Assembly: GCF_009914755.1 (NCBI RefSeq)
Contig: NC_060941.1
Source of the DNA: the human T2T-CHM13v2.0 reference genome, Homo sapiens
DNA: 64,000 nt
Reading direction: 5' to 3' (one strand)
In this document: one piece after another, positions 1 to 21,511 of the stretch
Layout of the letters: each line of letters starts with the position of its first letter
How positions within the stretch are numbered: position 1 is the first letter of the stretch
The notes under the pieces: generated by a model
Seen by the model: only the letters and a program-made list of their open reading frames with translations
What the model was told of the DNA's origin: nothing
Databases searched by the model: none
Translations under genes and position numbers: made by a program

Positions 1-619
1 TGTTGGTGGGACTGTAAACTAGTTCAACCGTTATGGAAGTCAGTGTGGCGATTCCTCAGGGATCTAGAACTGGAAATATCATTTGACCCAGCCATCCCAT
101 TACTGGGTATATATACCCAAAGGATTATAAATCATGCTGCTATAAAGACACATGCACACATATGTTTATTGTGGCACTGTTCACAATAGCAAAGACTTGG
201 AACCAACCCAGATGTCCAACAACGATAGACTGGATTAAGAAAATGTGGTACATATACATCGTGGAATACTATGCAGCCATAAAAAAGGATGAGTTTGTGC
301 CCTTTATAGGGACATGGATGAAGCTGGAAACCATCATTCTCAGCAAACTATTGCAGGGACAAAAAACCAAACACCACATGTTCTCACTCATAGGTGGGAA
401 TTGAACAATGAGAACAGCTGGACACAGGAAGGGGAACATCACACACCAGGGCCTGTCGTGAGGTGAGGGGAGAGGGGAGGGATAGCATTAGGAGATATAC
501 CTAATGTAAATGACGAGTTAATGGGTGCAGCACACCAACATGGCACATGTATACATATGTAACAAACCTGCACGTTGTGCACATGTACCCTAGAACTTAA
601 AAGTATTAAAAAAAAAAAG
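1..619 (+). mobile_element. L1PA-type LINE-1 3' end (ORF2 C-terminus, 3' UTR, poly-A)
   Basis: ORF 162-404 MFIVALFTIAKTWNQPRCP...MFSLIGGN is the L1 ORF2 tail; typical L1PA 3' UTR ending CCTAGAACTTAAAAGTATT plus A-tail. Confidence 0.95.
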
Positions 620-910
620 ATTTGGGTACTTTTTGCCTGACTTTGTGATCTATAATAAGGCATGAAAGTAATTTTTAGATCTTGTTAGTGACTCAGCTTT
701 CAAACAGGTATTTTCCACTCCTTTTTAAATCTTCTGGCTCAGTTTAATTGAAGAATACTCTGAGACTGCAAGTTGAGCTGTTTAAATCCAGGGACTGTTT
801 GCACTGTTTACCTGTGTGAATTTGAATTTTGTTAATATAGGGCAACAAAAACAAAGTACACGAATGAATTTGGATAGTAAGGTTGAAATAAGACTATAAC
901 TATAATCTAA

Positions 911-2286
<1,376 letters not shown>

Positions 2287-2365
2287 TGTGTTAGATTTTT
2301 TTATTCTTTGGAAATTTTTGATTTCCAGAATGAAATTGCTGATCATTTAAAAAATATATATATAC

Positions 2366-2370
<5 letters not shown>

Positions 2371-2402
<32 letters not shown>
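2371..2402. repeat. (TG)n microsatellite preceded by (TA)n
   Basis: Direct reading. Confidence 0.95.
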
Positions 2403-2405
<3 letters not shown>

Positions 2406-2578
2406 ATAAGAGTGAAATGTAGGCATCTATAAAGATGATCAAGATATGATCAAGGTCAAAATTGTTGACTTTCTGGAGAATTCATACAAAGCCCTTTTAC
2501 ATACCACATCACATTGCATTTCACTGAAAGATGGAGGGTATTCTAGAGAATTGTATTAGAAAGAGAAGACACATCGTA

Positions 2579-2830
2579 GGCCAGGCACAGTGGCTCACTT
2601 CTGTAATCCCAGCACCTTGGGAGGCCGAAGCAGGTGGATCACCTGAAGTCAGGAATTCAACATCAGCCTGACCAACATGGAGAAAACATGTCTCCACTAA
2701 AAATATAAAAATTAGCTGGGTGTGGTGGCACATGCCTGGTAATCCCAGCTACTCCGGAGGCAGAGGTTGCAATAAGCTGAGATTGTGCCACAGCCCTCCA
2801 GCCTAGGTGACATGGCAAGACCCTGTCTCA
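2579..2830 (+). mobile_element. Alu with target-site duplication
   Basis: Alu consensus flanked by AGAAAGAGAAGACACATC / AGAAAGAGAAAACACATC. Confidence 0.9.
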
Positions 2831-2865
2831 AGAAAGAGAAAACACATCACAGAAGAGGAAGGGAG

Positions 2866-2984
2866 ATTCTTTTGTAGTTGCTACGTGTGACGACAGGGTG
2901 TTCACACACACGTGTAAGATGTACCACCCTCCAGCCTTGTTACAATGTCGTCACATTACCCGACCGATGTGAAAAAAAAAAAAA
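2866..2984 (+). pseudogene. Processed U13 (SNORD13) snoRNA retrocopy
   Basis: ATTCTTTTGTAGTT...GGGTGTTCA...AGATGTACCACCCT...CCTTGTTAC...CACATTACCCG is colinear with U13 as recalled; A13 tail; TSD AGAAGAGGAAGGGAG (2851-2865) / AGAAGAGGAAAGCAG (2986-3000). Confidence 0.85.
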
Positions 2985-3106
2985 TAGAAGAGGAAAGCAG
3001 TGCCACAAATACAGGAAACTACATTGAGAAAGTTATATGCTGAGTAGCTTCTATTTTCTGTGTGGAGTTGGAGGTCAGCTGAAGGATGGGATGCAATTAG
3101 GTGGTT

Positions 3107-4724
3107 TTCGTTTTGTTTTGTTTGTTTTGAGACTGAGTCTCCATCTGTCACCCAGGCTGGAGTGCAGTGGCACGATCTCGGCTCACTGCAACCTCCGCCC
3201 CTGGGTTCAAGTGATTCTCCTGCTTCAGCCTCCCAAGTGACTGAGACTACAGACGTCTGCCACCACGCCCGGCTAATTTTTTTTGTAGTTTTAGTAGAGA
3301 CGGGGTTTCACTATGTTGGCCAGGCTGGTCTCGAACTCCTAACCTCGTGATCTGCCCGCCTCAGCCTCCCAAAGTGCTGGGATTACAGGCGTGAGCCACT
3401 GCGCCTGGCCACAATTAGCTATTTAAAAGGGAAAAAAGGACCAGTCTAGACAACATATTGAGACCCTATCTCTACTTTAAAAAAAAATTAACCCATCATG
3501 GTGGCATGTGCCTGTAGTTCCAGCTACTCAGGAGGCTGAAGCAGGAGGATCCATTGAGCCCAGGAGCTTGAGGATGCAGTGAGCCATGATTGTGCCACAG
3601 CACTCCAGCTTGGGTGACAGAGCAAGACCTCATCTTTTTTTTTTTTCAAAGAGTGAGGAAAGGGGCCTGGGACAAGTAAATGATTCATCAGGTGGCAGTG
3701 AATGACTACCATATACTATGACTTGACCTATCCTAATTCTAAAAATATAAATACATTATTAGCAGTATTGTAGATGATTGAATATCCTGCTCTTCAGTGC
3801 AGAGTAAAAACTGCTCCATCAACAATTGGAAGCTATATTTAATCAGATAATTCTGGGGATGCCTATTATGAATATGACCTGATTTTAAGGGATCTTCATT
3901 GTTTTTTAGGGCTTGACTTACTATACAGTGGTCTTCCTTTGTTTAGTTTGCTGTTTCATGTAATCTGCCTGTATACTTCTGACACTTCTGATAAATAGGT
4001 CTTTTAAAATTACTGTTTTCATTCAATTGCTTTTTCTTGCCTTGAATGTCCTACATAGTCTGTTTCTAGCCATTTCTCTCATTATTTTAATGCCACCTGA
4101 TTTAGAGCAGTTTTTTTTTTGAGACAGAGTCTCGCTCTGTAGCCCAGGCTGGAGTGCAGTGGCGCAGCCTGGGCCCACTGCAAGCTGCGCCTCTCAGGTT
4201 CACGCCATTCTCCTGCCTCAGCTTCACTAGAGCAGTTTTAAGTAATAGGAATGATTATAGCATCTTTGCCTTGTTCTTTGACACAAGTGTTTCTAGTGTT
4301 CTGCCATTAACTATTAGATTTATTGGTTGAAGGTTTGAGAGATTTCTTTTTTCCTGATGTTAATGAACATTCTTAATGAAGACCTTTCCGTTAATGAGGA
4401 ATGTTTAAAAATCAAGAATGTTGAATTTGTTTCTGTTTTTTGAGACAAGAGTCTCACTGTGTCACCCAGGCTGTAAGGCAGTGGTGCCATCTCGGCTCAC
4501 TGCAATACTCCACCTCCCAGGTTCAAGTGATTCTCCTGCCTCAGCCTCCCAAGTAGCTGGGATTACAGGTGTCCACCGCCGTGCCCGGCTAATATTGTAT
4601 TTTTAGTAGAGCTGAGGTTTCACCATGTTGGCCAGGCTGGTCTCAAACTCCTGACCTCAAGTGATCCACCCACCTCAGTCTCCCAAAGTGGTGGGATTAC
4701 AGGCGTGAGCTACCACGCCTGGCC
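3107..4724. mobile_element. Alu elements: ~3107-3409 (-), 3440-3636 (+, partial), 4111-4226 (-, truncated, TSD TAGAGCAGTTTT), 4436-4724 (-)
   Basis: Alu consensus matches. Confidence 0.85.
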
Positions 4725-6152
4725 AAGAATGTTGAATTTGATCAGATGTTTTTAGGTAAACATTGAGATCTCCATAATGTACCATTCTGATTCACTTGGT
4801 CCAGCTCAGCTCCCTGCCTAGGTAATACTTACTATTTCCTTTAAGTCCTCGCATCTCGCCTTTATAAAAAGATTCTTCCATTCAGTCTCATTTCTCTCGT
4901 CTTTGAATTAAATTTCATAGACTTCAGTAGCTTTTATTTTGCTCCTCAGATAGGTTTACAAGATCCTAGGAGGCAAGGGACCATATATAACTTAACCTTC
5001 TTTTATATTCCTTGGTATAAAACTGGAAATAACAAGCACTCATCCCTTCTTCCTCTTTCCTTTTTTCTTTACATGTTTTATAGTGAAATTTTGCTTTACA
5101 TTTTAAAAATATAAATGTTTCAAACTATTCAATACATGACAGTTGTATTGTGTATCTTTCCTATTGTACAACCTGACTTTGCCTTATGAGTTTTTGAAAT
5201 AATGCAAAATATTTTTATAGGAATATATCCTGAGTGGATCTCACAGTTGTAAATTATGCTGAACAACTAAGGCAAAATCTCCTCCTCTCTGGAAACGTAG
5301 CTGACCTCTGGCCTGTAGCAGGCCATGCAGTTTTTTTCTAAGTGTCAGTCAATAATATAGTAACTTTAAAACAACATAATTAGGAGTTCAGCTGGGTTAG
5401 TGTGACATTCTCTCTCCCTCTCCCCCAACCCCCTTTCTCTCTTAGACCTTTAAGTATTTTAGTTTTCAGTAATGTTATTTTTCTTAACAGGTTAAAAGGG
5501 TAAAGAGGGAAACACAGATAAATAAGGGTGGAGGCTGAAAACAACTGTTTAGTGACTGCCCTCTGTTTTGTGTTTCCATTACTCAAGAAATTTAATCGAA
5601 ATACGAGAATGAACAGTAATGCATATTTTTTGTTTATTTATTTGGTTTTGCTTTTTAAAAAGTGCAGTGTGATATACTTAACTGGTAGATCATTTTTGGC
5701 TTTTGTTGCACCTGTGGGCTGGAGGGTATATCAGGATGTCATCTGAGACCCAGCCGTCTGATGAAAAGAAATGGAATCGAGCAGGCTAGTATACTGGGTA
5801 CAGGGTTCTTTTTGCTTGATGGGGAAGATAAAGGTCCACTCACCCTGCATTGCCTGAATTACATTCTTCTTCACTTTGTCTCTGCCATGGATAAGGTCTC
5901 ATTATAACCTCTTGCTGAACTTGTACTTGTCCTAAGACTGGTAGTAGTTAAATCCTGAACTACCTTTTGGAAGTAGTTATCTTAGAATGTGATGGTGAAG
6001 GATGGTAATGGCAATCAATTTGTCAGACAGATTTCTTAGGGTACGTGAGGTTGGAGAAGTATAAGACCTATGGCCAGGAACTCATCACATCTGTGCTGCC
6101 CTTTCCCTGAAGAGTCAGTAGGGTATTGTAGCATAAAAGTTTAGGAAGTCTT

Positions 6153-7024
6153 GGCTGGACACAGTGGCTCACACCTGTAATCCCAGCACTTTGGGCCAAG
6201 GTGGACGAATCACTTGAGATCATGAATTCAAGACCACCCTGGCCAACATGGCAAAACCCCGTCTCTACTAAAAATACAAAAATTAGCTGGGCCTAATGGC
6301 ACGTGCCTGTAGTCTCAGCTTCTCAGGAGGCTGAGGCAGGAGAATCGCTTGAACCCAGGAGGGGGAGGTTGCAGTGAGCCGAGATTGCCACACTGCAGCC
6401 TGGATGACAGAATAAGACTCCGTTTCAAAAAAAAAAAGGCCAGGTACAGTGGCCCACGCCTGTTATCCCAGCACTTTGGGAGGCCAAGGCGGGCGGATCA
6501 CAAGGTCAAGAGATCGAGACCATCCTTGCCAATATGGTGAAACCCCGTCTCTGCTAAAAATGCAAAAATTAGCTGGGCATGGTGGCACACGCCTGTAGTC
6601 CCAGCTACTCGGGAGGCTGAGCCAGGAGAATCGTGAGGTTGTGGTGAGCTGAGATTGTGCCACTGCATTCCAGCCTGGCGACAGAGTGAGACTGCCTCGC
6701 CAAAAAAAAAAAAAAAAAAAAAGGAAGCCTTGGCTGGGCGTGGTGGCTGATGACTGTAATCCCAGCACTGGGAGGCCAAGGCAGTCAGGTCACATGAGGC
6801 CAGGAGTTTGAGACCAGCCTAGCCAACACAGTGAAACCCCGTCTCCACTAAAAATATTAAAAAAAAAATTAGCTGGGCATGGTGGTGCTCACCTGTAATC
6901 CCAGCTACTCAGGAGGCTGAGGCATGAGAATCACTTGAACTCAGGAAACAGGCTTCAGTGAGCCGAGATCATGCCACTGCACTCCAGCCTGGGTGACAGA
7001 GTGAGACTCCGTTTCAAAAAAAAA
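6153..7024 (+). mobile_element. Three tandem sense Alu elements
   Basis: Three consecutive Alu bodies with A-tails near 6437, 6722 and 7024. Confidence 0.92.
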
Positions 7025-7406
7025 TTAGGAAGCCTTGTTACCTGTTTGAGACTTGATTGATATCCTGTGGCTGCAGCTTAGGGAATGATCCCCTGTGTAT
7101 CTCTGCCCTGGAAATAAATTTTAATCACATTCTCTCCCAAGACTATACAGTTTCATCTTGTTATCTAAAACAGTATAGCCCGGGGTGGTGTGAGAGATGT
7201 CTTTTGGAGGAGGGTACTAAGGATGACTCCATGTGTGCTTCTGGTGGTGTCATGCTTGATACTGCCTGGTCTTTTGTGTTACCTTCCCAGAGCCTTCAAC
7301 AGCCCTGCAGACATCTCAGATTTGTTGGGCCCCTGGACCTTTTAGAGGAATGCATGTTATCTCCATTGCTGCCCTGAATATGCAAGCTTAGCCTTTTCAG
7401 TGTATC

Positions 7407-8826
7407 TTTTTTTTTTTTTAATTTTTATTTTACTTTAAGTTCCGGGATACATGTGCAGAATGTGCAGGTTTGTTACATAGGTAAATGTGTGCCATGGTGG
7501 TTTGCTGCACCTATCAAGTCATCACCTAGGTTTTAAGCTCCACACGCATTAGCTATTTGTCCTGATGCTCTCCCTCCCCTCAACCCCCACCCCCACCAAC
7601 AGGCCCGGGTGTGTGTTGTTCCCCTCCCTGTGGTCCATGTGTTCTCATTGTTCAACTCCCAGTTATGCGTGAGAGCATGCGGTGCTTGGTTTTCTGTTCC
7701 TGTGTTAGTCTGCTGAGGATGGTGGCTTCTAGCTTCATCCATGTCGCCACAAAGGACATGATCTCATTCCTTTTTATGGCTGCATAGTATTCCATGGTGT
7801 ATGTGTACCACATTTTCTTTATCCAGTCTGTCATTGATAGGCATTTGGGTTGGTTCCATGTCTTTGCTGTTGTAAATAGTGCTGCAGTAAACATGTGTGC
7901 ATGTGTCTTTATAGCAAAATGATTTATATTCCTTTGGGTATATACCCAGTAATGGGATTGCTGGGTCAAATGGTATTTCTGCTTCTAGATTCTTGAGGAA
8001 TCACCACACTATCTTCCATGATGGTTGAACTAATTTATATTCCCACCAATCGTGTAAAAGCATTCCTATTTCTCCACAGCCTTGCCAGCATCTTTCGTTT
8101 CTTGACTTTATAATAATCGCCATTCTGACTGGTGTGAGATAGTATCTCATTGTGGTTTTGATTTGCATTTCTCTAATGATCAGTGATGTTGAGCTTTTTT
8201 TCATATGTTTTTTGGCCACATAAATGTCTTCTTTTGAGAAGTGTCTGTTCATATCCTTTGCCCACTTTTTGATGGTTTTTTTTTCCCGTTCTGTAGGTTG
8301 CATGTTCACTCTGATGATAGTTTATTTTGCTGTGCAGAAACTCTTGAGTTTAATTAGATCCCACTTGTCAATTTTAGCTTTTGATGCAGTTGCTTTTGGC
8401 ATTTTCATCAAGAAATCTTTGCCCATGCCTGAATGGTATTGCCTAGGTTTTCTTCTAGGATTTTTATGGTTTTGGGTTTTACATGTAAGTCTTTAATCCA
8501 TCTTGACTTATTTTTTGTATAAGGTGTAAGGAAGGGGTCCAGTTTCAGTTTTCTGCATATGGCTAACCAGTTTTTTGAGCACCATTTATTAATTAAGGAA
8601 TCCTTTCCCCATTGCTTGTTTTTGTCAGGTTTGTTGAAGATCAGATGTTTGTAGATATGTGGTGTTATTTCTGAGGTCTCTGTTCTGTTCCCTTGGTCTG
8701 TGTGTCTGTTTTGGTACCAGTAGCATGCTGTTTTGGTTACTGTAGCCTTGTAGTATAGTTTGAAGTCAGGTAGTACGTGTGATGCCTCCAGCTTCGTTCT
8801 TTTTGCTTAGGATTGTCCTGGCTATT
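7407..8826 (-). mobile_element. 5'-truncated L1PA element (~1.4 kb)
   Basis: Minus ORFs 8001-8309 ([16 protein letters not shown]...) and 7652-7969 are L1 ORF2 C-terminal pieces; poly-T at 7407; TSD AGTGTATCT at 7399 and 8827. Confidence 0.95.
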
Positions 8827-8994
8827 AGTGTATCTCTTTAAATGGGTCTAGTAAGAAAACATCTCAGTTCATCAGCCTTTGACTTAACCTTGTTTTTTCT
8901 TCATATGAGCAATGAAATTAAAATGGTTACGGAACTCTTAGAACTTTTTCATTCTTAGAATGCTAGAGTATACAGTTTGTAAAATACTATTATT

Positions 8995-11822
<2,828 letters not shown>

Positions 11823-11843
11823 ATATATATCTATATCTATCTA

Positions 11844-11887
<44 letters not shown>

Positions 11888-11890
11888 TAT
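11823..11890. repeat. (TA)/(TCTA)/(CT)n compound microsatellite
   Basis: Direct reading. Confidence 0.9.
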
Positions 11891-12518
11891 AAAGCCCAAA
11901 ACATTTTTGGTCCCGAGCATTTTGTATAAAGGGTACTCAAACTGTAGAAGGCAAACATGAAAAGGCTAATTCAGCTTCTCTAACCTTCAAGTTCTAATTC
12001 TAAATGAATGTCTCATTCTACGACAGTACACTAAGTTTATACTGTATGATTGCTTTTTTTCACCCACTCCAATGGTTCAAAGTTATTTCTAATATGAAAA
12101 TACTTTAGTTTTCTCAAAACTTTTCTCTGCAAAACTAAATTCCAGCTGTCAGCCCTTGAGTGTATATATAACAAGTGGTAAAGAAAGACTAAATGTAAAT
12201 GTTAGCAAAATTGATGGTTGCTGTCACAGAGCCATAGCTTGATCTATAGAGTGCCTACAGCTTGTGAGGTAAGCAACACATTTGAAACTTATAAATATGA
12301 AGTTTCTCTTCTGATGTTAAAAAAAAGAAAGAAAAACTTATAACTAAGAATATAATATTATGGATGTAGTATGACAGGGGCTAAAAGTTCTGGAGGCTTT
12401 GCGGGGGTGTCCTTTTTAATGAAATACTTGTATGATTTGAAAGGGAATACTCTTGAAAAGAGTATCTTCAGGGTTAATGAGATTTTAAATAAATTCTATT
12501 TCTTCAGAATAGAAATGA

Positions 12519-12674
<156 letters not shown>

Positions 12675-12765
12675 TAATGAGTGGATTTTCACTCAAGTAT
12701 CTGTAGTTAACAGTTACGCACAATTTTGTCATTTGTTATTGTGGTCTACTTGGTACTGAACTTGA

Positions 12766-13126
<361 letters not shown>

Positions 13127-13200
13127 TAAAGATGAATGATCTTTGTCTTGAGGATCATAGTTAAGCCATTTTTTAAAAATTCTAAATTTATTTTCTCTAG

Positions 13201-13350
<150 letters not shown>

Positions 13351-14140
13351 TAATTAATAATTGCATCTAATCTTTAAAAAGCAAATAAAAATACATTTTT
13401 TGTGCTTCATGAAAAGTATGACCTAGGCATATTATTGCAGATACATGGTAATTCACATATCTGGAGTTGCTGACTGGGTTCAATCTGCATAGTCCTGACT
13501 TTGAGGAATTGATACTGAAAGAACTCATTTGTGCACTTAGAAGGAAAGAATACATGGAGCCATTGTGATTAATGCTGGGAAAAGAACACTAAAATGTGCT
13601 CGTAGACAAGTTGTTTTTATCTCTGAGCTTTTATTTTTATCTGTAAATACAACAAATAATATTCCAGTCCTAAAATGGATACTTCATAGGCAAAGTTAGA
13701 ATAAGTAAATAACATTGTTATGAGTTCATCATATAAAGCTCTTAGAAAAATGCTTAGCACATAGTAGATGCTCAATAAATATTAGCTTTTATTAATATTA
13801 TTATTACCATATATAATGTGGTTTGGAAAGAACTTACTAAGAGTAGCAGCCTTAGAGGGACCAAGACAAATTCACTGCCCTTCTCTAATTAGTAGAGGAC
13901 TCTGTCACCAGATACAAATCGAAATTTTTCTTTTTGTTAAAGAGTTAAGGCAATTGTACTGAATTTTTCTCAATTTTTAGTTTCCTCACATGACTTAGAT
14001 TTTGATGCTGTACAAAATAAATAATTTTCATTTAAATTTGACAAATGCTTTGGAGATTACTGAAATTTTTTCAAGTATCCTACATACATAGTTGCAAAAT
14101 AAAGGCAGTTTTTTAAAATGTCACATGCTATTTTTATTGA

Positions 14141-14395
<255 letters not shown>

Positions 14396-14409
14396 TAAAA
14401 GCAGACTTA

Positions 14410-14535
<126 letters not shown>

Positions 14536-15227
14536 TTAATAGGGTGAAGAAAATTAAAAGATCCTGAAAATGAGGGCCTATGAAGAGGGACAGGAGGTAC
14601 TCTGAAACGTGTGATTTGGTTCTAAATCTTAAAAGACAGAATTGGAATAAAATATCATTGTGGCTCCTGAGAGGCATGCTGCCAGGTAAGTTTGATGGTG
14701 AATTTGAGAAAGTCGGGTGTCACTAACTGAGTTGATGTCAGTACATCACCTTGTGCTTGAACAATTTTTGTTCTTGGAGAATGAAAAGTGTGTGTCTTAC
14801 CTTTAAACGGAGGTTATGTGTGAAATACTGATTGACAAAACTAGTAATTGATAGGGTGAATCTATACTGCAAAAGAATTCAGTAGAGGATTCATTTAAAT
14901 TGGGCTTTCCTTGATGTATTTAAAATTGGCTTTCCAGGAGTATGGGAATATACAAGCTTTTCATTTTATAAATTACGTATTTCATTAAAAAATTTTTTTC
15001 ACAGTAAAAATATTATTACCTTTTAATGTTGTGCTTTTTTAATTAGGAAAAGAGTTGTTTTTAAGTTGCCTTTGTTCCGGACACAATAAAATGACCGTTG
15101 TATAAACCACCTACAGAAAGATAAGATAGTTGCAATATAGGTAGATTTAGGTAGATGCCTCTATCCTAAGGGTTATTTCAAAGTAAGTTACAGATATTAA
15201 GTTTCATTTACAAAAGTATAACCAATC

Positions 15228-16743
<1,516 letters not shown>

Positions 16744-17344
16744 ATATTTCATTTTTTAACTCAAAATGACATATGCTCTTGTTCATTTGCTATTCGTGAA
16801 CAGTTAACATCTTCTGAAATCTTTCCTTGGCCCTTTAGATGTCTGAGTTCTGATGGTCTAGTAGGATCGAGTATTCATCCATTGTTCCTCAAATATTCTA
16901 CATACAAATGCCTGCTATAGCCCTCTGAAGCTCCTTCCCTTCCCCTTCCCTTTCCCCTTTCTTTCCCTTTCCTTTCCATCTCTTTCTCTTTCTTTCCTCT
17001 TATTTCTTCCCCTTAAGTTTCCTTATTTACATGTCATTCCTGCTCTGAGACAGGGAGCGGACTGTGTCTTGTGACTTTATATACCTTATCACTATTACAG
17101 TTGGTTATGTGATAGAAACCTTATAAATGTGGTTCTAGAGATAGATTTTAATAATTGCAACATTAGTTTTCCCTGTAGAAAAAAAGACCAATTTATACAT
17201 GAGATACAATATTTCTAAAATAGTTATCCTTTGTTACTTGTTCGGTTAGTTACTCAGTAAGGTGCCAGACTGGCCTGCTGAGTGCAAATGTGAAACAAGA
17301 AAGGAGTGATGGAGTTGGTGTTAACCAATTTTCTGTTCACTTGA

Positions 17345-17524
<180 letters not shown>

Positions 17525-17970
17525 TAGAGGATAGTGCTTTAATAGTAATTTCTATCATGGTACTTCAGAAGGAATATTGTTTCTAACAGTGTACAGTGTT
17601 CCTTTATTCACCTCTTAATTGTCAGTATTGGTGGAAGAGCATACCATGTAGATAGTCCAGGGATAAGCCACAGTAGTTGAGAGTGCTTTCTATTAGGAAG
17701 TTTTAAGTATCTTTTAGTACTTTACATAAAATATTTGTATGAGTATTTTTTGGTAAGAAAAACTGCCAGGTCATTTATCTGTATTTGAGTTAAAAATGGT
17801 TTTGTTTGTGTTTTAATTTTTGTTAGTTGGGAAACTGAAGTCCAGAGAGAGTAGGTCGAGTGAAAACGAGCCCAGATTCTCTTGCTCACTTAAGTGAAAT
17901 GAGCTGAGCGCACAGACCCCATGCCCTCGTTCATTATTTCCCGGGTCTTGTTGTGGGAACTGTTTTCTGA

Positions 17971-18190
17971 GGCAGTATGTTTTGTGGAAAGAGAGTAATT
18001 TGCTTTGGAGTCAGACACCTGGGTTCAAATTCCTACTTGTCTACTTACGGTATTAGAAAATTTAAACCTCTTTCATCTGCAAAACAGAGGTAATAATACC
18101 AGAGTCATAGAGTTGTCATGAGGATAAGATGAAGTCATAAGATAAATCATCTTGGTGTAGTACCTGCCACATAGGAGATGCTCATTACTT
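17971..18190 (+). mobile_element. MIR SINE
   Basis: TTGGAGTCAGACACCTGGGTTCAAAT and CATCTGCAAAA MIR core motifs. Confidence 0.7.
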
Positions 18191-18370
18191 AGGGATTTTT
18201 GTTGTTTCTTTATACATGATGACATTTGAATGTTGGGATTTTGTACAAGGAACACGTTAACACATGAGTAAACTGTGTTTACCTAGAGGGCATAATTTGA
18301 AGGTTGTGTTTTCTCTGTCCCAAATTAAATGCATTGGGGAAGTTTATAATTACAGGAATTCCACGCATGA

Positions 18371-19501
<1,131 letters not shown>

Positions 19502-19783
19502 TTTCCCTAGCGTTCATATGTAAACATTCAGACTCACTGAGGTAAGTATATGAATATATTCAAATGTTGATAATCGTGATGCCTTTTGTTTTTAAACCAT
19601 TTGTACAGGTTGAAATTTAATCCTAAATGGAGTTGACTATTTCCTTGTGGGTTGTTGTTTTACTGATTTTTTTAACTTTATCGTGTAAATCCAGGTTTCT
19701 TATCCAATTTGTATAAAATCCAGTGTATTTAGAACTTGCTTTGACATAGTGAAACCCCATGGTAAAATCCCATGGTCAATTGA

Positions 19784-19945
<162 letters not shown>

Positions 19946-19974
19946 TAAGTAAGTTTAGTTGAAAAGGCATCAGC

Positions 19975-20926
<952 letters not shown>

Positions 20927-21226
20927 TTACTAGTTTTACTCAGATTAGTAGAGCATAGCTTTTTTCCAATATGGCTGGAAATATTTTTAAGTGTGCATTT
21001 AGTTTTGAAAGATTTTATTTCTTATACATATTTTATCTTCTAGATGTTGATTTTATTAGCTCCTTAATGATATGTCTGTTAGCTTATTGTTCCTACTTTA
21101 ATTAACCAGGATTGTACATTTATTCTGTCGACTTGCATCTCTAACTTGGTACCATTCTCTTCATCCCAGTACATATTTTTATATCACTTCTGGGAAGTGT
21201 CCTGATGATTGTCATTCACAGTGTAA

Positions 21227-21511
<285 letters not shown>

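Larger units (their letters stand above)
4833..8962 (-). pseudogene. Candidate decayed multi-exon gene or spliced antisense transcript nested in PAFAH1B1 intron 2 (blocks 8889-8962, 7283-7373, 7042-7107, 5844-6106, 5245-5337, 4833-4965)
   Basis: Six unique-sequence blocks, each bounded by yAG and GT on the - strand; phases chain with one frameshift; several in-frame stops. Confidence 0.35.

Noticed and set aside
655-830. Possible terminal exon of the candidate antisense gene (cacacag|GTAAAC... on -)
   Set aside because: Poor polypyrimidine tract and internal stops; could not be linked with confidence.
5491-5499. Possible 9-nt sense microexon (ttcttaacag GTTAAAAGG gtaaag) in LIS1 intron 2
   Set aside because: It would preserve frame, but the donor is weak, there is no nearby upstream UGC motif, and such matches occur readily by chance.
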